A DNA stretch of 64,000 nt from Octopus sinensis (Eukaryota), in NCBI RefSeq assembly GCF_006345805.1, contig NC_043003.1, forward strand, positions 7,254,001 through 7,318,000, given 5' to 3'. A model generated the notes under the pieces. The model searched no databases. It was not told the DNA's origin and worked only from the letters and a program-made list of their open reading frames with translations. Position numbers and translations under genes: made by a program. Below, piece by piece: positions 40,480 through 52,782 of this stretch; position 1 is the stretch's first letter; each line of letters begins with the position of its first letter.

Positions 40480-40670
40480 GCCTCTGCACGCATTTTTTTC
40501 TCTCCTTGTTTCTTTCTGTGTTTCTTTTCTGTGTATCTTTCTGTTGAAGAGCGTAGGCTCGAAACGTAAAAGACTTGTTTTATTTATATTCCTGAGCGCC
40601 ATACTAATACAATTGTTTGTTTGTATTCCACCTGCCTTCGTCTTTTGTTTATTTTCATAAAGCTTCCCGT
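40480..40670 (+). mobile_element. Penelope-like pLTR fragment in (TA)n with minimal hammerhead motif (40536-40573)
   Basis: TCTTT-CTGTTGA-A-GAGC(GTAG)GCTC-GAAACGTA-AAAGA. Homologous copy at 63367-63551. Confidence 0.7.
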
Positions 40671-40905
40671 TATATATATATATATATTTATGTGTGTGTG
40701 TCTTTGTGTCCGTGTTTTTCTCCCCACCATCGCTTGACAACCGATGTTGGTGTGTTTACGTCCCCGTAACTTAGTGGTTCAGCAAAAGAGACCGATAGGA
40801 TAAGTACTAGGCTTACAAAGAATAAGTTCTGGGGTAATGTCTTCAACTATGACCCTTTAAGGCAGTGCTCCAAGTAAAAGAATATATATATATATATAAT
40901 ATATA

Positions 40906-40948
<43 letters not shown>

Positions 40949-42994
40949 TGTAATGTGTGTGTGTGTGCTTGTATCTGTGTTTCCCACTACTGCTTGACAA
41001 CTGGTATTGATGTGTTTACGTCCCTGTAATATAACCATTCGGCAAATAGAGACCGATAGAATATGTCGTGGGGTCGATTCATTCGAATGAAAATTCTTCA
41101 AGGCGATGCCCCAGCATGGCCGCAGTCTATTGACTGAAACAAATAATTGATAAAAGTAAAAGATATAGACGCAGTCATAGCTATGTGGTTAGGAAGTTCG
41201 CTTTGTAACCACATGGTTTTGGGTTCAGTCCCACAGTACGGCACCTAGGATAAGAGTCTTCTACTAGAGCTGGCCAATGCCTTGTGAGTGAAGTTGGTAG
41301 ATGGAAACTGTATGGAAGCCCGTCATATATATATGTGTGTGTGTATGTGTGTGTGTGTATGTGTGTGTGTGTGTGCCTGCGTTTTTGTGTTTGTGTCTCA
41401 TTACTGCTTTATAACCGGTGCTCGTTTGTTTATGTCCTCGTAACCTTGTTGTTTAGCAAAGGAGATTCGATAGGATAAGTACTAGACTTAAAAATGAAAG
41501 AAAGAAAAAAAGTACTGAAGTCTCTTTGGTCGACTAAAACTCCACGAGTAGTGCCCCAGCTTGGCCGCAGTCCATTGACTGAGTCAAAGAAAATGACGAA
41601 AGGAAATATTTCTTCTGTGATATTTGAAGCTGGTGAATTCAATATTTCCTGTCCCTGGCGCGGTGCCGTGTAAAACTAGTGAATAGTGAAGAAATCAATC
41701 GACCAGGATATCTCTTCCATGGTCCTTTTATATGACATGACAGGAAACGTTGTCAGTGATATCATATCTATGTTGGCACTCCGTCGGTTGTGGAGGCGCA
41801 ATGGCGAAGTGGTTACTCTTTCTTCCTGTTTCTGTTGTACCTGTATTTCAAATGGCCAGCCTTGTCACAGTCTGTGTCACGCTGAATCTCACCCCAGCAA
41901 ACTATGTTAAGGGGTACGCGTGTCTGTGGAGTGCTCAGCCACTTACACGTGAATTTCACGAGCAGGCTGTTCCGTTCGTCGGATCAACTGGAACCTTCGT
42001 CGTCGTAACCGACGAAGTGCCACGATATATACATACATATGTGGAGGGGCAATGGCTCATTGGTTAGGACAGCAGACTCGCGTCGTGGGTTTGCGGTTTC
42101 GATTCCCAGACCGGGCGTTTTGAGTGCTTATTGAGCGAAAACGCCTAAAGCTCTACAGGACTCCAACAGAGGGTGGTGGCGAACCCTGATGTACTCCTTC
42201 ACTACAAATTTCTCTCACTCTTTCTTCCAGTTTCTGTTATACCTATATTTCAAAGGGGTCAGCCTTGTCGCACTCTGTGTCACGCTGAATCTCATCCTCG
42301 AGAACTACGTTAAGGGGTACACGTGACTGTAGAGTGCTCAGCCACTTGCACGTTAATTTCACGAGCAGGCTGTTCCGTTGATCGGATCAACAGGAACCCT
42401 CGTCGTCGCAAGCGACGGAGTGCCATGACGACTCTGTCGGTTACAACAAGAAGGGTTCGAGTTGATCCGCTCAACGGAACAGCCTGCTCGTGAAATTAAC
42501 GTGCAAGTGGCTGAGCACTCCACAGTCACATGGTTCTCTGGGAGACTCAGTGTGACGATGAAGGTGACAAAACTGGCCCTTTGAAATGCAGGTACAACTC
42601 ATTTTTGCCAGGTGAGTGGAATTGAGCAATGTGAAATAAAGTGTCTTGCTCAAGAGCACAATATACCGTTAGGGAATTGAACTCACGACCGTAAGTCGAA
42701 TATCCGAACCGCTAAGCCACGCGGTGTGATATCATGATAATCCAATGCGTTACAATCTTTTATCACTTATATTTTACCTGTTTCAGTCTGATGAAGAGCA
42801 ATTACCCTGGAACTAGTCCCTGAGTGCTGGCTTTGTTGGGTAGAGGTGCTTATCTGCCTCGTTTGAAAACCTGAGGACACTGAACGCATGTGTCTCGTAG
42901 CCAGCTAGAAACGGTGTTTCTCGGGGCTAAATAGCAGTAGCATTCTTCCCTTTCCTGGGACTGTAGCATTAAGTTGGCAACAAACCATCACCTT

Positions 42995-43014
42995 AATATT
43001 ATATATATATATAT

Positions 43015-43082
<68 letters not shown>

Positions 43083-43496
43083 ATATAATATATATATATA
43101 TATATATATAGATATAAGATATATAGAGTATATAATGGATATATATACTATATAGATATATATGTATAGATATATATATATAATATATATGATATATATA
43201 TATGCTATATATAGATATATATATATATATGATCTGAATATAGATATATATATATATAGTATATATATATAATATTTACATGCATATATGTTTGTATATA
43301 TATGCATATATATACATATACATAGGTATGTATATTATACATACATAAAAATTTATACATACATGTACATAGATACATATATATATGCATATGAATATTA
43401 TATATATATATATACACACCACACATATATATATAATATTTATATGCATATATATATTTATATGCATATATACATATATACACACACACACACATG

Positions 43497-43537
<41 letters not shown>

Positions 43538-43684
43538 ATTTGAAAACCCCACTAGAATGGGAGAAAGCGATAATGATCTGAATGATATTATCTGAATGAT
43601 ATGATATATATGTAAAAAATGTAATATATAAATAAATACTGTAAATATGAACCATCCGATCTTCTGATTACCTCATTTCTTCTA

Positions 43685-43736
<52 letters not shown>

Positions 43737-43926
43737 TAAACATTTAACATACATGACATAGATAAATATATATATGCATATGAATATTATTTATATATAT
43801 ATATAATATATAGAATACACATATATAAATATACACATACATATATATATACACATACATACATATATATATATATACCACACACAACACACATATATGT
43901 ATATATATATGTATATATAATATATA

Positions 43927-43966
<40 letters not shown>

Positions 43967-44190
43967 TATATATGATATATATATGCATATAAATATATAT
44001 ATGCATATGAATATTATAATATATATATATATACATATATATATATACATACATATATATACACACATATATATATATTATATATACTTACATATATATA
44101 ATATACACATATATATACAATATGTATGTAAATATATATATATATATATATATATAGATATATATATATATTATATATATATATATATAA
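42995..44190. repeat. ~1.2-kb degenerate (TA)n low-complexity tract
   Basis: Almost pure A/T dinucleotide sequence with scattered C/G and one short non-repetitive interruption at about 43540-43685. Confidence 0.95.
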
Positions 44191-44324
44191 AGTGATGGTT
44201 TGTTGCCAACTTAATGTCGCAGTCTATTATACTATAATGGAGAACGCTACTTATTTATTAGTTATGTAACAATTACTAAAAGCACTAAAAGAAAGCAATT
44301 ATTTAAGGGTTGACCATCTGGAAA

Positions 44325-44715
44325 TCTATATATATAAAACTGTAGTTGTGTGAGTGTCTGTCCCCTTCGATTTAGATTCCTAAATACTCCCACATTTTGC
44401 AGTGCAGTTTAACCAAAACCGGGTATCTTATAGTCGTGATTCATATCGAGCCCTTCTGGGTATTAGTGCGCGTGTACGATGAGTCTACAATTTTAAAAAT
44501 AATTTACCATCATTTTTTTCCATTTTCATGCATATTTTTTTAAAGGGAAGTAACTCTCTAAAAATGTCTACGAAGTGTCGATTTAAAAAAAATTTACCAT
44601 AATATTTTTTCCATTTTTAATGCATTTTTTTTGCTATCTTTTGGCTATAACTCTCTAAAAATGCTGTATAGTTATTTCCCTTAGAAACCCGAGCAACGCC
44701 GTGCGATACTGCTAG
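44325..44715 (+). mobile_element. Non-autonomous Helitron, second family
   Basis: A|TCTATATATATAAAACTG ... CCCGAGCAACGCCGTGCGATACTGCTAG|T. Confidence 0.85.
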
Positions 44716-45135
44716 TATTTTTATAAATTCATGTTCTAAGAAATTTCCTATAATTTTGATTTCTCAAGTTAATTGAATTTTTTAACTCTAATTTCTCGCA
44801 AATTTAAATATTTACGGCGTCCAATTCATCACAAATTTAAATATTCATTGCATTTACTATGGAGTATTTCATTTTCATTTGAAAAGCCTCTCGCTTTCTC
44901 TTTTAAGTTTTAATTCGCTATTAATGTATATCTAATGTAAAAGCATTATTTATTGAATTAAATTTTTTTTAAATACCCGTATAATTTTTGAACGCTGGAT
45001 AGCTGCGAGAAGAGCCTAGAAAGTTGGGTAATTTCTATTAGAAGACGAGGAGAAAAAAGAAAGAAAACAAAAAGTTACCGACAAGTACTCGAAACTTGCA
45101 CCTTATTCACTGTTTCCAAATACAACTTCAACAGT

Positions 45136-45171
<36 letters not shown>

Positions 45172-45288
45172 CACACCACTACACACTCGTGCACGCTCAT
45201 AGATACACATACACACAAATGGAAGGCAATGAATGTGTATGCGTGTGTGCGTGTGCGTGTGCGCGTGCGCGTGCGCGTGTGCGTGTGC

Positions 45289-45320
<32 letters not shown>

Positions 45321-47487
45321 ATTGCTCACTGACAAAACTTCGTGCCGCATCACTTTTGTGAAGTTTTGTCAGTGAAAACAGGTCGCGGTTTCAAAGCGAC
45401 GGAAATATTTTGACACAAATGAAATTTAAATGATGAAGTGAAACAAACTGTTTTCGTGTGTTCTTCAATGGCTTACAAACATCTTCCACGCTGCAATTGT
45501 TTTTGCTTCAGCACACGATCTCAGATCAAGTCACTTGCTATGCAAGTACATCTCCGTAATTTTTAAAAATCACTGCGGATAGGTGCCAGCAATGACCTTC
45601 TCAGGCTCTCCAATGTTTTAATTTCTAAACAGAAACAATTGCAAAAAATTCATAATTTCTCATATTTTCTTTTTTTTATACCATACAAATGTATTTATGG
45701 GGGGGGATTATATTCTATTCTAGACACAAGGCCTGAAATTTTTGGGGGTGGGGACCAGTATAGATCGACCCCAGTATACAACTAGTACTTAATTTATCGA
45801 CCCCGAAAGAATGAAAAGTAAAGTCGACCTCGGCGGAATTTGAACTCAGAACGTATCGGCAGACAAAATACCGCTAAGCATTCCGCGCGGCATGCTACGT
45901 TTCTGCCAGTTTGCATAAGCTGTAAATATTCTCTTCTACTCTAGGTACAAGGTCCGAAATTTTGGGGGAGGGAGCCAGTCGATTAGATCGATCCCAGTAC
46001 ACAACTGGTACTTAATCTATTGACCCGAAAGGATGAAAGGTAAAGTCGACCTCGGCGGAATTTGAAATCAGAACGTAGCGGCAGACGAAATACCTATTTC
46101 TTTACTGACCACAAGGGGACTAAACACAGAGAGGACAAACAGATTAAGTCGATTATATCGACCCCAGTGCGTAACTGGTACTTATTTCATCGACCCCTAA
46201 AGGATGAAAGGCAAAGTCGACCTCTGTGGAATTTGAACTCAGAACGTATCGGCAAACGAAATACCGCTAAGCATTTTGCCCAGCGTGTTAACAGTTGTGC
46301 CAGCTCGCCGCCTTATTATCGTTTCTCTCCGTATATATGTACTAGCAGCTAAGCCCGGTTTCACCCGGTCTGTTCGGATGATGTGGCTGTGATCGTTTTC
46401 GGCTAGGCATAATCTATAACAGCGTTTCTCAACCTTATCATTTCGGGTCCCCTGTTTCTGTTAGAGCTTCCAGCTGTATGAAAATTTCCTGACCCCCGCC
46501 CCACTGTCAGAAAAATAGCTTCAGGAGTTGTGAAGAACGAATTTGTACGTAGTCTGTTTCTGAAAGCTATTCTGTTGAACCTCTGTCTAATCATTAAAAC
46601 ATTGGGCGATCTTTCGATATGGGAACACACGACTTTCACTTACAAACCACTTATAAATCACGTGTGTTTGGTGGTGGAAGCACTCCGTCGGTTACTACGA
46701 CGAGGGTTCCGGTTGATCCGATCAACGGAACAGCCTGCTCGTGGAATTAACGTGTAAGTGGCTGAGCACTCCACAGACACGTGTACCCTTAATGTAGTTC
46801 TCGGGGATATTCAGCGTGACACCGAGAGTGACAAGGCCGGCCCTTTGAAATACAGGTACAACAGAAACAGGAAGTAAGAGTGAGAGAAAGTTGTGGTAAA
46901 AGAGTACAGCAGGGATCACCACCATCCCCTGCCACGTGTGTCTAATTACATTTTTGAAGATGATCATCGGTTTCTGTAAAAAAAAATTTTTAATATGGGG
47001 TTGGGTGGAAATGGGATCTTTTGAAGTCGGCGTGAAAGCGAAAGAGACAGAGAGAGCGCCATTGTATGAGTAAAGTCCTTTTGAAGTTGGCGTGAAGCGG
47101 AAGAATTGATATGAGTGCGCGCGTGTGAGTGTGTGAGTGTGTGTGTTTGATGGGGGGGGGTGCGAGACAGAATGTGTGGTGTGTATGTGAATTGTTTTTG
47201 TTAGTGTGTGTGAAGAGGCAGAGAAGGTAATGTTGCTGGTGTGTGGTGTGTGTGTGTATGTGTGTGTGAGAGAGAAAGAGAGAAAGAGACATGTATGTAT
47301 GTATAAATGGCTTCAGTGACACACACACACACACACGCACACACACGCACGCACGCACGCACGCACGCACGCAGGTTGTTATGTATGTATGGCTTTGGCT
47401 GACTGTCATCCTGTACTCCCCTTGCTGCTAACGAAATGGTATATGCCGGCTGTGTGAGCAACTGGTTGTTTTCATAGCGGAACATTG

Positions 47488-47870
47488 TGGAGGCGCAATG
47501 GCCCAGTGGTTAGGGCAGCGGACTCGCGGTCATAGGATCGCGGTTTCGATTCCCAGACCGGGCGTTGTGAGTGTTTATTGAGCGAAAACACCTAAAGCTC
47601 CACGAGTCTCCGGCAGGGATGGTGGTGATCCCTGCTGTACTCTTTCACCACAACTTTCTCTCACTCTTTCTTCCTGTTTCAGTTGTACCTGTATTTCAAA
47701 GGGCCAGCCTTGTCACTCTCTGTGTCACGCTGAATATCCCCGAGAACTACGTTAAGGGTACACGTGTCTGTGGAGTGCTCAGCCACTTACACATTAATTT
47801 CATGAGCAGGCTGTTCCGTTGATTCGGATCAACCGGAACCCTCGTCGTCGTAACCGACGGAGTGCTTCCA
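47488..47870 (+). mobile_element. SINE-C full length (tRNA-derived head GGAGGCGCAATGGCCCAGTGG..GGTTTCGATTCCC)
   Basis: Clear A and B boxes. Copies at 35628-36010 (-), 42043-42425 (+) and 46676-46932 (-). Tail variants at 7852, 20605, 26445 and 38600. Confidence 0.85.
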
Positions 47871-48125
47871 CCATCCATCATAGCGGAACAAACAGGGGAA
47901 TTTCATTAGAAAAAAGTTTTCATCGATTTTCCCAGTAACTATGGGGGTTAGGAAAAAAATACAAACCGCATTGCAATCTATGCACCCGTCTCCACTTATG
48001 TGCCGCTTTTCATGCGAATCCACCCAGCCGTTTGGCTGTGAACCTCAAGACAAGGAAGAATACAACGATCGCCCATGTCCAATTTATATTATAGAATATT
48101 GAGCGAATATGTCATTCATTTTAAG

Positions 48126-48892
48126 CAGGAGTTCTTAACCACTTTTAAAAAAATCTCTGGACCCCTTTGATTGCTGTTCTGTTTTGGTGGACCCCCATAG
48201 TCATTCGATGCTTATAAACTAGTTTATAAGATATTGCTTTCGAAATTCCTATTTTGTTTTTCTCACATTGACTTGTGCAGATTGAACTCTTTTCTCTTTC
48301 TCTCTTTTACTTGTTTCAGTCATTTGACTGCTGCCATGCTGGAGCACCGCCTTTAGTCGAGCAAATCGACCCCGGGACCCACTCCTTGTAAGCCCAGTAC
48401 TTATTCTATCGGTCTCTTTTGCCGAACCGCTAAGTGACGGGGACGTAAACACACCAGCATCGGTTGTCAAGCAATGCTAGGGGGACAAACACAGACACAC
48501 ACACACACACACATACATACATATATATATATACATATATACGAGAGGCTTCTTTCAGTTTCCGTCTACCAAATCCACTCACAAGGCATTGATCGGCCCG
48601 GGGCTATAGCAGAAGACACTTGCCCAAGATGCCATGCAGTGGGACTGAACCCGGAACCATGTGGTTAGTTAGCAAGCTACTTACCACACAGCCACTCCTG
48701 CGCCTATGTAAAATATTAGAGAAACAAACTCAGCTGTTTCTTGCAATAAATCTAAAGTCAAATGTTTTCATGGGACCTTAAAATACTATTTGGGAATCCC
48801 CAATTTACTTTATTGTTGCGTGCCCCCCCCCCATCGACCAAAATCTTATATGGACCATCAAGGGCCATACAGTGCCCGGTTGAAAACCACTG
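48126..48892. mobile_element. Probable older hAT MITE interrupted by a SINE-B
   Basis: CAGGAGTTCTTAACC ... GGTTGAAAACCACTG. Flanks attttaag / atctaaag match at 6 of 8 positions. Confidence 0.45.
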
Positions 48893-48937
48893 ATCTAAAG
48901 ATTACTACAAGGTGCGCAACTCTTCTTCCCTTTAAAC

Positions 48938-49647
48938 CAGTGATTCTCAACTGGGGTCGAAATGACCCAGGGGCGGGGGCACCTGACCATTGACGGGGCG
49001 GGGGGGGGGGGGATTTAAGATTTTGCTGTTAAAATTTGAGCAATAAATTGGTTATATAAAATATTTTTTATACAATGCCTTATGATATTTTGATATAAAA
49101 ATGATAGGGCTTTGAAACCTCAAATGGCTATGGGGGTGGAGTCCACTCGAGTAAAATATAAATCTAAGGCAGTGACGGACTGGCCGGGTTGCCAGGTTGC
49201 CCGATGGCAAGTGGGCCCCTGCGCCTTTAGAATCCATATATAGGGGCCAATGTTAGTATCTAAGGGGCCTATCCCTTCAAGTCTGAGAATTTTTAATTCA
49301 CTCCTGGAAGAATGTATTAATTATTTCAGCCTGGCTGTGTTTGTAGACAGTTGAAAAGAATACTTAACAAAAAAAATTAATAAATTGTAATTGCGGGTGG
49401 ACCCTTTTTGCAGTTGCGGGTGGGCTCCCTTGTAGTTGCGGGTGGGTCCCCTTGTAGTTGCCGGTGGGCCCCCTTGTAGTTGCGGGTGGGCTACCTTGTA
49501 GTTGCGGGTGGGCTACCTTGTAGTTGCGGGTGGGCCACCTTGTAGTTGCGGGTGGGCTCCCTTAGTCTCTTGGCAACCAATATTTTCAGACCCAGTCCGC
49601 TACTGATCTGAGGGGTCCTTAGACCAAAAAATGGTTAAGAACCACTG
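48938..49647. mobile_element. hAT-type MITE (outer element of a nested pair)
   Basis: TIR CAGTGATTCTCAAC / GTTAAGAACCACTG. 8-bp TSD ctttaaac / cttgaaac. Confidence 0.8.
49170..49605. mobile_element. hAT-type MITE (inner) carrying a 22-bp minisatellite
   Basis: TIR CAGTGACGGACTGG / CCAGTCCGCTACTG. TSD atctaagg / atctgagg. About 8 units of TTGTAGTTGCGGGTGGGCTMCC at about 49392-49562. Confidence 0.8.
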
Positions 49648-51293
49648 CTTGAAACAAAGTTATCGAGCAAGAACAAAGATTAAACAACAAAGATTAAATG
49701 AAGCAACCAATGGTTTTCTTTCTGATCATTTATTAAAGTAGAAGGTAATGGTAACTTGAGGGTGAATGGGAAGGAAGAACATTTCCTCTGGGTAGCATGC
49801 TGGATCGAATTCTCAAAATGTGTGAGTCTCATCTGGCAGTGATGTAGTATAAAAGACGAGGAAGTGTAATAAAATATAAAATGTAATCAAAATACCATGT
49901 AAAAAATATAACTAAAAAAATATATATATTTAAAAGATGTTTAAAAAATATATATATTATATAAGAAAAATATATAAACAATATTATGTAAGTAAAATAA
50001 ATCTAAAAAAAAGTAAACAACATTAAGTAAAATATATATAAAACATGCAAAAAAATATACAATTAAACAAATAACGCACGATATTATCTAAAAAATGAAA
50101 AATATTTTGGAATATTCTTCTGGTTCCAACATTTTTGACGGAAGACATTGTTTTCAGTTCATAAGATTTTTGTATAACAAATGTACTCAATACACGTGTC
50201 ATTATTTGTTTAATTAGTGTAATAAATTTAAAAAATAAGAGTAAAATGTGAATATTCTACACAAACACACACGCATATGCATGCACCGCACACATACACA
50301 CACATACACTCACACACGCATCATTATCAGAACTTAAAGAAACGTCCAAATGGCAGCTCGACCAACAAGGAATTGCCAGCAATTTTTCCTCAAATTGTGC
50401 CTCCCGTACAAACACGTCTCTCAACACGTGTTAATGCAATCGAAGAATGACAGAAGCTACCCCTACTTCAAAAAATATGTACGGAGTGCGCTAAAACCTC
50501 TACATAGAAAAATGATTTATAAAGTCGGTACATTTCGGTTATCTTACCTCCATTAAAAAAATTGGGTTATCTCCCCCCGTTTTACGAGAAATAACGGTAA
50601 ATATGAAAACTAAAAGAAAAAAAAACAAAAAATAATGAACATGAAAAGTGAAAAGATTAAACATCTTATCTGAATCTGATAACATTTTTATAACAAATCC
50701 TACCATTCCTATTGAGGAAGCCAGACGTCAACAATGTGTTTAAGTATTGAATCAAAAGGATTTAAAATCTTTTAATCCAATCTCTTGTCGCCATATTAAC
50801 TCGATTTTTTAGTGGGGAGATAACCCAGTTTTTTAATGGCAATTTTTTTAATGGGGGTGAGATTGCCAAAAAGTACCATAAAGTCTACAAAATACTCACA
50901 TGGACTCTACCAAACAACATTTACAAATATTCCAGAAAAAACAACATACGACTTACAAGTACAAAAAACTCAAAACAGAAACATCTACAATAGAACCAGG
51001 AAGAATGTTATCCTTTGCAACTTTACATGTCTGTACAGAATAAATTGAACAAGTAAACGTAGTTTATTAAAAAATAAACTATGCAAATATGATATAGAAA
51101 CTTGAAAAATTCACGGACGGCATTCGAAACATCTTTATAAGTAACTAAAGGTTTTTTTTTATCATTACTCATAACATTTATGTAGCAATGTTTTAGGAAA
51201 TATCTTTAATATTAGAACACCGGAAAACTCACCGTTCTAAACTACTCTCAAAATGGGGCCGACGGACCCTTTCACAACAATGGTGGTCTTATA

Positions 51294-51527
51294 TATTTCT
51301 TTATTGCCCACGAGGGGCTAAACATAGAGGGGACAAACAAGGACAGACAAACGGATTAAGTCGATTATATCGACCCCAGTGCGTAACTGGTACTTATTCA
51401 ATCGACCCCCGAAAGGATGAAAGGCAAAGTCGACCTCGGCGGAATTTGAACTCAGAACGTAACGGCAGACGAAATACGGCTACGCATTTCGCCCGGCGTG
51501 CTAACGTTTCTGGCAGCTCGCCGCCAT
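51294..51527 (-). mobile_element. Full-length SINE-A flanked by a 94-bp direct repeat
   Basis: Complete head to tail. Flanks 51200-51293 and 51530-51623. Confidence 0.9.
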
Positions 51528-52179
51528 AGATATCTTTAATACTAGAACACCGGAAAACTCACCATTCTAAACTACTCTCAAAATGGGGCCGACAGACCCT
51601 TTTGCAACAATGATGGTCTTATAGGGTACGCAAACACTTGCGCTCAACGCAAATGATACAGAGAATGACACTAAAAGTGCTGGATGAAAACAATACAAGC
51701 CACTATAACTCTTCTCTTGTCATCAACTTCTGCTCCTCACAAACATATTCAGAGCAATTCCTAGTTTTATATTTTGTTAAAAACAACAACAAAGACAATA
51801 CTGTATAAACAATACAATAAATTATTTATGGATTATGCCGGACCAGCCTAGGCTCCAGTTTCTTTATCAAACTACAATAAACTACAAAGAAACCCAAAAA
51901 AGATAAACAGCGCCCTGCGCTTTCGCTGTGGGTTATACACAGACCCCCACCCCACCACGTACTACTAACAGAACAAAACAAAAAAAAAGACTGAAAACGA
52001 AAGACTACTGGGTATAGGAAGGGATCAGGTTTGTGACCGCAGCAACTTCATGTCCCGCAATTTCTGTTACCACGTGAACCCCACCCCTCCAAATACCCGG
52101 GTACGGACACCACGTTCCAGACACTAGTACAAAATTAAAACAAACAAAAACACTCTCTCCCCGACACTGCATAGGGAAT

Positions 52180-52230
<51 letters not shown>

Positions 52231-52782
52231 TAGTTGCAGCATCAATAATTCTCCTGATATGAACACTGTGTTAGGATGCACAGCATCAACACTGTGCGTG
52301 GAAAGAAACAGCAACTGTCCAGCTCTGACCAGTCTACATTTCCCGCCTCTTTTGTGGCCAGCACTATAACATATGGGCGTACATAAATAGGGCAGACTGT
52401 AGAGAGAGTGCTATGTTTCTAAACTTCCATGCTGCACGTCTTGCTGTAGGATGCAGCATGGCTCTTGGCTAGATAACGATGTTATGTAACGGGAAGACGG
52501 ATTTCTAGATCATACCTCATCGTTCGACCAACGACCTGCGTGTTATAAGGCTGTTCGATTAGGATTGACATTTACTATTAAACAATAACAATATAAAATA
52601 TATTTCCTGAAAAATAGGATACCAAACCACTCGCTTTTTTTTTTTTCGATGGCCTTCCTCATCGGAATATCCATCTAGCAAATGGGAAAATATAAATACA
52701 TATATATATTATATTACTATATATATACATATCAGACAATGAAGTCATAACTTGACTTGTGTTTATGAATGATTGTGAAGTT

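Noticed and set aside
43047-44195. Many YI/IY-rich ORFs, and similar IYLS, HT, CV and poly-I ORFs across the window
   Set aside because: They are stop-free frames of (TA)n, (TATC)n, (CA)n and (AAT)n repeats.
47488-47560. tRNA genes suggested by A/B boxes
   Set aside because: These are SINE heads continuing into SINE bodies; no complete cloverleaf was found.
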